From the IMG/VR virus record IMGVR_UViG_3300045988_020191, positions 1 through 42,639 of that record: a DNA stretch of 42,639 nt. One strand, written 5' to 3'. A model generated the notes under the pieces. It made no database searches. It was given only the letters and a program-made list of their open reading frames with translations, and had not been told where the DNA came from. This document shows, in pieces, positions 37,619 through 42,639 of this stretch (position 1 is its first letter; every line of letters begins with the position of its first letter). The stretch is from a virus. Both the position numbers and the translations under genes were made by a program.

Positions 37619-37748
37619 ACGCGGAAGTGTATTTGATTGTCTTTTTGACCTCCAAGACGATATACCCATCGCCTTTTCGTCGTATCTCTGCGTTGTTGCC
37701 ACGCTTCAAGATGGCTTCGATAGCCTGTATCATTTCATCACGGTTCAT
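37617..37748 (-). CDS. small ORF (43 aa; below ORF-track cutoff)
   Basis: Hand translation: MNRDEMIQAIEAILKRGNNAEIRRKGDGYIVLEVKKTIKYTSA. The ATG overlaps the upstream gene end by 11 nt. Confidence 0.4.
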   Translation of the reverse strand: MNRDEMIQAIEAILKRGNNAEIRRKGDGYIVLEVKKTIKYTSA

Positions 37749-37929
37749 TGACTACCTCAATTTCTTTTGGGTTTACATCCGTAAGCTCAACTTTTGCGCC
37801 ATCATCGCACAGAATTACAACCCGATACTTGATTACGCGTGCAATCTCGCGGGTGTAATCACGCATCACTCGCACTTTTCCGTCAAGTTCAAGCACAATT
37901 CCTTCGTAACTTCTTGCTTTAATTCTCAT
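37738..37929 (-). CDS. hypothetical small protein (63 aa)
   Basis: ORF track. The start overlaps the MuF-like stop. Confidence 0.5.
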   Translation of the reverse strand: MRIKARSYEGIVLELDGKVRVMRDYTREIARVIKYRVVILCDDGAKVELTDVNPKEIEVVNEP

Positions 37930-39127
37930 ACAGCACCTTCATCCTTTCCCGCTGCTCCGGTAGCCCAGCCGCCGCGCTGAACGCCTTGTATTTGGCGTTC
38001 AAGCGTCTTAGGCGTATATTTACCGCCTGCTCCTCTTCCGTCAATCCTGCGGCCTTGTAAGCGGCTTTCTCGCGCTTTAGATTACGGATTGTACGCTCTA
38101 CGCGCCGTTGCATCTGTGTTGCTTCGTATGCGGTGTAAATCTTGCCGTCAAAGGTGCAGCCAAGCCCATCATCGATATGCTCAAGCTGCTCATCGGTATA
38201 GGTGCGCTCCATAACCCCTTCAACAAACGCCGACCAGCTATGCCGACAATTTGCTCCAAGAATACCGGTCACATCTCCAATGCCGCATGTGCTTTCAAAA
38301 TTTGGATATTCCCCTTTTGACGCGTCGGGGTATTTCTTTGTAAATTCAGCCCATCGATACAGTTTGCCTTGCCATTTTTTGTGGTTTTCCCACCCTTTAG
38401 GCCCATCGATATCGCGCGCTCCGGCGTGCGCCTCTACTTGCACAAGGTCGGTTTGCAAAAAGTCCATAGACTGTTCCGAGTATTTACGGTTTAGCTGATT
38501 TACCGCCGTCATAACCGCGCGGCGGGCGGCTACGTCGATCTGGTCACGGTGTCCGCTCTCATAATCTACGACCTTCAAGCCGCTGTCTGCAAGCTGCTTT
38601 ACTGCCGTCTTGATGGCCTGATTGTAGTTGATAGCGCCGCTCTGGATTTGCATTGTAGCGTTATCAAGCGCCCATTGGTACGCTTTGGCAGGGGATAGCA
38701 TTGTGCGCCCAGCGTCCACTAAAAAGCCCATTGAGCGCGTTATGTTGCGCAGCGTTCGCTTTGTTTGCTCGTATATTGCCCAAGTATCTTCTACGCTTAC
38801 CAGCGTTTCCGGCTGCGTGATGTGCGCAAGGTCAATCAACTCGGTGTAATACTTCTGGTTGCGTTCCACAACATCGTCAAGCAGCTTGTTTAACTTCGTT
38901 TCGCTGATGCCTGTTGTCTTACGGACTGCCTTTTTGATGTCCTTTAGGTCGATGCCATGCGACCGCAGCGCTTGAATATCCTGCACCGTTACCTCATTCA
39001 GCTCACCCGCAGCTTTAAGCCGAGAGCAGATTTCTTCCAGCAGCGTAATTTCAAGCGATCGGAACAGTTCTGACAGTTCTTCCGGCAGTGCGTCAAGCAG
39101 GTCTGGGCTAAAAGGGTAAGGCCGCAT
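37919..39127 (-). CDS. head morphogenesis protein (SPP1 gp7 / Mu F-like minor capsid protein)
   Basis: 402 aa. Contains the ...GANCRHSW... motif. Lies directly after the portal gene. Confidence 0.8.
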   Translation of the reverse strand: MRPYPFSPDLLDALPEELSELFRSLEITLLEEICSRLKAAGELNEVTVQDIQALRSHGIDLKDIKKAVRKTTGISETKLNKLLDDVVERNQKYYTELIDLAHITQPETLVSVEDTWAIYEQTKRTLRNITRSMGFLVDAGRTMLSPAKAYQWALDNATMQIQSGAINYNQAIKTAVKQLADSGLKVVDYESGHRDQIDVAARRAVMTAVNQLNRKYSEQSMDFLQTDLVQVEAHAGARDIDGPKGWENHKKWQGKLYRWAEFTKKYPDASKGEYPNFESTCGIGDVTGILGANCRHSWSAFVEGVMERTYTDEQLEHIDDGLGCTFDGKIYTAYEATQMQRRVERTIRNLKREKAAYKAAGLTEEEQAVNIRLRRLNAKYKAFSAAAGLPEQRERMKVLYEN

Positions 39128-39138
39128 ACGCCGTCACC

Positions 39139-40569
39139 TCACTCAATCTCTTCTTCCGGCTCTTTTGTCATGTCCTGCATCTTCGGAAGCGCCGCCTTTG
39201 CGGTCGCCTCGTCTTCGTTCATCCACTTCATGCGGAACTCCCAATCGCTCATGATGCCCGCCTGCAAAAGCTGCATATCGCGGGAAAAGTCAGTCTGCTT
39301 GTCCTCAATAATGGAATCATCAAAATCAATGCTGATTTCAACACCCTCGTTCAGACCAGCGCCCATTGCGGTATTGCCAAGTCGCAGAAGAATGCGGCAC
39401 AGCTCAACCAACGCATCTTCGAGGATAATTTCATGCTTTTTTATCGTGCGGAACATAGTACTATTCTCGCTAATGACCTGCGTAGCCGTTGCTACGCTTC
39501 CGCCGTCAAATCGATAGTAAGTTTCGCCAAAGCCACATTTGCTGGACAGAATATTGAGTTGATCTTGAATGCCCGTGTTGTGCTCCGCTGTCCGCAGGGT
39601 CATATCAATGGGGGTAATGACTGCGCCGTCGCTCACGTCCTCCGGCAGAACATAGAACGCCACATCAGACGGGTCGAATACCGGCTCGCCGTCAAGGTAC
39701 TTCGCCGCAGAGGGCTTGACCATGATACGCTTTTTGCCCAGCCGGAACTCGTTTACATAACTGTCATAAGCAATGTCAACGCCTTGCAGCACATCAATGG
39801 CGTTTGCGTACACCGCAATGCCGGTCGGTAAAAGATAGTTGAAATTGTTGGCGATATTTAACCGGTCAATGACAAACTGCCGCTTGTCGCTACCGGTATG
39901 TACCACAGGTGGAATGTTCTCAAAGCCCTTGACGTTGGCAAGCTGCTCATCAGACAGCATCTCGTTGTCGTAGCGGTAAATGCGGTTGTCAATAATGTAA
40001 CTGCCGGCCTCGTCTTTGTGGTGGATTTGGAGATACAGGTAATCATGCCCGTTGCGCGTCACAACGGAAGAAAATGCGCACTCACTGATAAAGCCGTTCT
40101 GCCATGCCAGCGGGTATATGTTCTCGATGGTCACATAGTCCAGAATGATGCCAGAGGCGTTTCCGGGGACAATCTCGCCTCCCTCGTTGATTTCCTGCCC
40201 GATGACGCGGGGGATATATGCCACCGTGCCGAGCGCGGATTTCATCTCCTGCATCTCGTTTGCCTTGACCGTGAAATTGTTCTCGGTCAGCACACGGTTG
40301 ATGAACTCCTGCTCCTTCTGCCCTTCAAGGGTGATCTGTACTTTCTCGTTCATCAGCAGATTAGCCCAGTCCTCGCACAGTTTCTTTCCCATACCGAGGG
40401 AATACCGCTTGCAGTTGACCATGTTCTCGCCGTTACGCACACGGTAGCTGTGGAAACCTTTCACATTGCCTTGATACCAGCTTTTCCACTCTGCAACCTT
40501 GCTATAGAACGCTTCCGGAATTGTGGAATAGCCCAACTCATTCAGTTTTTGAATAACTGCATTGCTCAT
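39139..40569 (-). CDS. portal protein (SPP1 gp6-like)
   Basis: 476 aa. Assigned by size and position after terL. Acidic C-terminus. Confidence 0.85.
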   Translation of the reverse strand: MSNAVIQKLNELGYSTIPEAFYSKVAEWKSWYQGNVKGFHSYRVRNGENMVNCKRYSLGMGKKLCEDWANLLMNEKVQITLEGQKEQEFINRVLTENNFTVKANEMQEMKSALGTVAYIPRVIGQEINEGGEIVPGNASGIILDYVTIENIYPLAWQNGFISECAFSSVVTRNGHDYLYLQIHHKDEAGSYIIDNRIYRYDNEMLSDEQLANVKGFENIPPVVHTGSDKRQFVIDRLNIANNFNYLLPTGIAVYANAIDVLQGVDIAYDSYVNEFRLGKKRIMVKPSAAKYLDGEPVFDPSDVAFYVLPEDVSDGAVITPIDMTLRTAEHNTGIQDQLNILSSKCGFGETYYRFDGGSVATATQVISENSTMFRTIKKHEIILEDALVELCRILLRLGNTAMGAGLNEGVEISIDFDDSIIEDKQTDFSRDMQLLQAGIMSDWEFRMKWMNEDEATAKAALPKMQDMTKEPEEEIE

Positions 40570-41804
40570 GCGATAACTCCCATTCTTCGGCTGATCGGCT
40601 CGACTGCATAGCGCAATGCGTCGATCAAATGGTTCTTTTCATCAGGATACCCGCTGATAAAGTTTCCATCTTTGTCGCGGTCGTATTCGTAGTTTACAAA
40701 CTCGTCGTAAGCGTGCGGCGTGCGCTTTCGGTCTATAACGATCTTCCTCCGCTGTAGCCACTTCATACCGTATGCGACGCTGTCAGGCCCCTTTACAGCA
40801 GCTTTCGCGGGCAATCCCATAGCCCGTAAGTCCGAAATACTCTTAGGCTCTGCGCTGTCGCAGATGATATATGCGCCAGTGTAGCCTTTTTCCTTAATCA
40901 TGCCAGCGCTCTGCTCGTTGGAAAGCTTGTTTTGATATATTTCGTCTATCAGGTAGATCGTCTCCCGCGTCTTGTCGTAATGCACGCGGATAAAAGCAAA
41001 CGGGTCGGGGAACCATCCGAAGTCCACTCCCTGATAGATGCGATCAAAGCTTTCGGTTTCTTTGTCGGCGATCTCCCGCAGTTCCAGCTTATCGAACACA
41101 TTGCCGCCAGTGCCGACCGGAATGCCGAGATATTCGTGCTGATACGCCCGCTCATCTGTCTCTTTGAGGTGTTCCGCTTCTGCAAGAAACTGTTCGCCCA
41201 ACCATTCAGGCGGTGCTTGCAGATACGTTGACTTGTGGCACAGGCGGTCAGCCCGTTCCTCCAAACTGTCCTTGTTCGCCCAGTTGTCACGCGAGATCGG
41301 CGGGTTATAGCTCTCAAAGTTCCAGAAAACCGAGCCACCGCGCATGGTGGACTGCAAAATGTTTCGGATTTCCGCGCGTCCGGCAAATTGGTCTTTTTCT
41401 TCAAAGTGCGTCACCGCGATATACCCAAATGGCACTTTGATGGATTTAATCTTCATCGGGTCGTCGGCACCGCGGAACATGATTTTCTGTCCGGTAGGCT
41501 TGTAGATCAGCTCCATTGGGGAAACCTTTGCTTCCCAGTATGCCGCCATGCCCAGTTCGCCGATTGCCCAGATATACTGTGCATAGACACTATCGCGGAT
41601 CGTGTTTGCCACCTTGCGCAGAACAAGCGCATGAGTGTTTGGATTGTGGATCAACAGCAGCGGCACAAGCACCGACACTGTCGAGGACTTCAACGAGCCG
41701 CGCCCGCCGCTGAAATCATAATGCGTATGCCCGTGCTGAAATACATCACGCGCCACGCCGTAAAACGCAGGGCCGATTTTCTCTGACAGGTGGATTTCAG
41801 ACAT
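40566..41804 (-). CDS. terL: terminase large subunit (PBSX/Terminase_3-like)
   Basis: ATG at 41804 (MSEIHLSEKIGPAFYG...) overlapping the terS stop. Walker A-like segment GGRGSLKSS. Confidence 0.9.
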   Translation of the reverse strand: MSEIHLSEKIGPAFYGVARDVFQHGHTHYDFSGGRGSLKSSTVSVLVPLLLIHNPNTHALVLRKVANTIRDSVYAQYIWAIGELGMAAYWEAKVSPMELIYKPTGQKIMFRGADDPMKIKSIKVPFGYIAVTHFEEKDQFAGRAEIRNILQSTMRGGSVFWNFESYNPPISRDNWANKDSLEERADRLCHKSTYLQAPPEWLGEQFLAEAEHLKETDERAYQHEYLGIPVGTGGNVFDKLELREIADKETESFDRIYQGVDFGWFPDPFAFIRVHYDKTRETIYLIDEIYQNKLSNEQSAGMIKEKGYTGAYIICDSAEPKSISDLRAMGLPAKAAVKGPDSVAYGMKWLQRRKIVIDRKRTPHAYDEFVNYEYDRDKDGNFISGYPDEKNHLIDALRYAVEPISRRMGVIA

Positions 41805-42168
41805 CGATAACCACCTTAACGACGGAATCAACGCCCGTATTGTCTTGCTTATCGAACACGCCTGTATGCTTTGCCAGCATTTCGAGCGCCTTTAACTTAT
41901 TCGCATATTTCAAATCGCTTTCCGGCAAATCCGACGCCGGTCGGTCGGCGATTTCTTTCAGCTTCTCAATTACGTAGTCCTGCGTGACTTCCGTCCTTTT
42001 CTGCCTTTCTGCCTTTGCTTTTTGGATAGCAGCTGAAACGTTACCATTCGTAACTAACTGCCTACCTTTTTCAGCGTTCTTGTAACCGGCTCTCGCGGCG
42101 GCTTGAGTGGCATTTAAGTCCACAAGATATTCTTGTACAAACCTCTCTTGTTTTGCTGTTAATGGCAC
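41797..42168 (-). CDS. terS: terminase small subunit (P27/Terminase_2-like)
   Basis: GTG start at 42168 after GAGGTGGTGG. MPLTAKQERFVQEYLVDLNATQAAARAGY is the classic terS HTH start. Confidence 0.9.
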   Translation of the reverse strand: MPLTAKQERFVQEYLVDLNATQAAARAGYKNAEKGRQLVTNGNVSAAIQKAKAERQKRTEVTQDYVIEKLKEIADRPASDLPESDLKYANKLKALEMLAKHTGVFDKQDNTGVDSVVKVVIDV

Positions 42169-42553
42169 TCACCACCACCTCTTTTGTCGCATTTTTTTGC
42201 TACCAGCCCCCACCCCTTGGCCTTACATAGCAGACTTTACCCGCCCCGAAGGGCTACAACGCCGCCCACATTGGGCGTTATTCTTTTCACAGGTCCCGGC
42301 ATTGCAGTCCTGCCCTGCTTTAGCGCTTCAGGGAAAGTCCCCGTCACTCGCTGTGGTCTCCCCTTACGTGGCACCTATGCCGCATATTGGCCGTCTTGCC
42401 GCTTAAATTGTCACATCACCGATTGCTGCTTTACATACGCAGCACCATTACGCTGAGGCGGTTCCCTCCCACGGTGCAGTTTTCAGCGACCATTTTCATT
42501 TCCATGTGAGCCGCGACGACCGGTCTCACATTGTCCGGGCGCTACCCGGCCTC
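42169..42553 (-). ncRNA. candidate structured non-coding RNA, 3' part (downstream of the tRNA-like module, upstream of terS)
   Basis: No credible ORF. Helices: 42504-42510/42525-42531, 42535-42539/42545-42549, 42452-42456/42483-42487, 42424-42429/42439-42444, 42313-42317/42329-42333, 42258-42263/42274-42279. A GCCC-UUCG-GGGC tetraloop hairpin lies at 42243-42254. Confidence 0.4.
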
Positions 42554-42639
42554 TGGCAGGGACGGTTGGGAATCGAACCCACCCAAGCGGTTTTGGAGAC
42601 CGCCTCGCCAGCCTTGGAACATTCGCCCCTAAATGCCCC
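42521..42639. repeat. 119-bp direct terminal repeat, copy 2 (identical to 1..119)
   Basis: Read directly. See copy 1. Confidence 0.95.
42554..42630 (-). tRNA. duplicate representation of the tRNA-Trp(CCA)-like element at 34..110
   Basis: It lies inside the terminal repeat, so it is the same physical locus in the circular genome. Confidence 0.6.

Noticed and set aside
42107-42456. Plus-strand ORFs 42107..42406 and 42184..42456 as coding content of the large gap
   Set aside because: Their composition is P/R/C/T-rich and not protein-like, and they have no SD. They run antisense to the direction of all neighbouring transcription. The region is better explained by stacked RNA helices.

Overview
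The window is a complete temperate siphovirus-like phage genome of about 42.5 kb, GC-rich and with Firmicutes/Clostridia-style gene content. It is assembled as a circle: bases 1-119 are repeated exactly at 42521-42639. The unique genome is therefore about 42,520 bp, and features wrap across the window ends. There are about 80 genes, almost all on the minus strand.

Reading the minus strand from the right end:
- Packaging and head: terS, terL, portal and a MuF-like head morphogenesis gene (42168-37919).
- A small RHH-regulated, divergently transcribed moron island (36735-37748).
- Scaffold, an HK97-type capsid with an Ig-like C-terminus, head-tail joining genes and the major tail protein.
- A chaperone pair with a possible -1 frameshift, a plus-strand DUF4352-like membrane moron, and the tape measure.
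- Tail-tip and fibre genes: a fibre with an S74 chaperone domain, a collagen-like fibre and a CBM-like protein.
- Lysis: XhlA, two holins and an M15 endolysin, followed by a small sigma-region-4-like gene.
- A plus-strand 3-gene cassette under a consensus promoter (20415-21564).
- A 3.4-kb att-proximal operon of nine compositionally odd small proteins (20313-16900).
- attP, a 3' tRNA fragment flanked by five CATCTGCAATT arm repeats.
- The lysogeny module on the plus strand: tyrosine integrase, a membrane-anchored HTH protein, an AT-rich cargo gene and a CI-like repressor.
- A divergent Cro gene and a long early operon (13264-362). It carries anti-restriction genes (orphan MTase, Lar-like), recombination genes (Gp157, Rad52/Sak-like, NinB-like, SSB), replication genes (iteron-bearing organiser, DnaC-like loader) and a RinA-like late activator.

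The two most unusual items are these. (1) A region of about 0.7 kb between the late activator and terS is ORF-free and hairpin-dense, with an embedded non-canonical tRNA-Trp-like module; it is a candidate giant structured ncRNA. (2) An untranslated leader of about 400 nt, C/A-rich and carrying a 23-bp stem, precedes a protein whose C-terminus resembles the Cas6/RAMP glycine-rich loop.

All product calls come from motif recognition by eye. No searches or folding programs were run.
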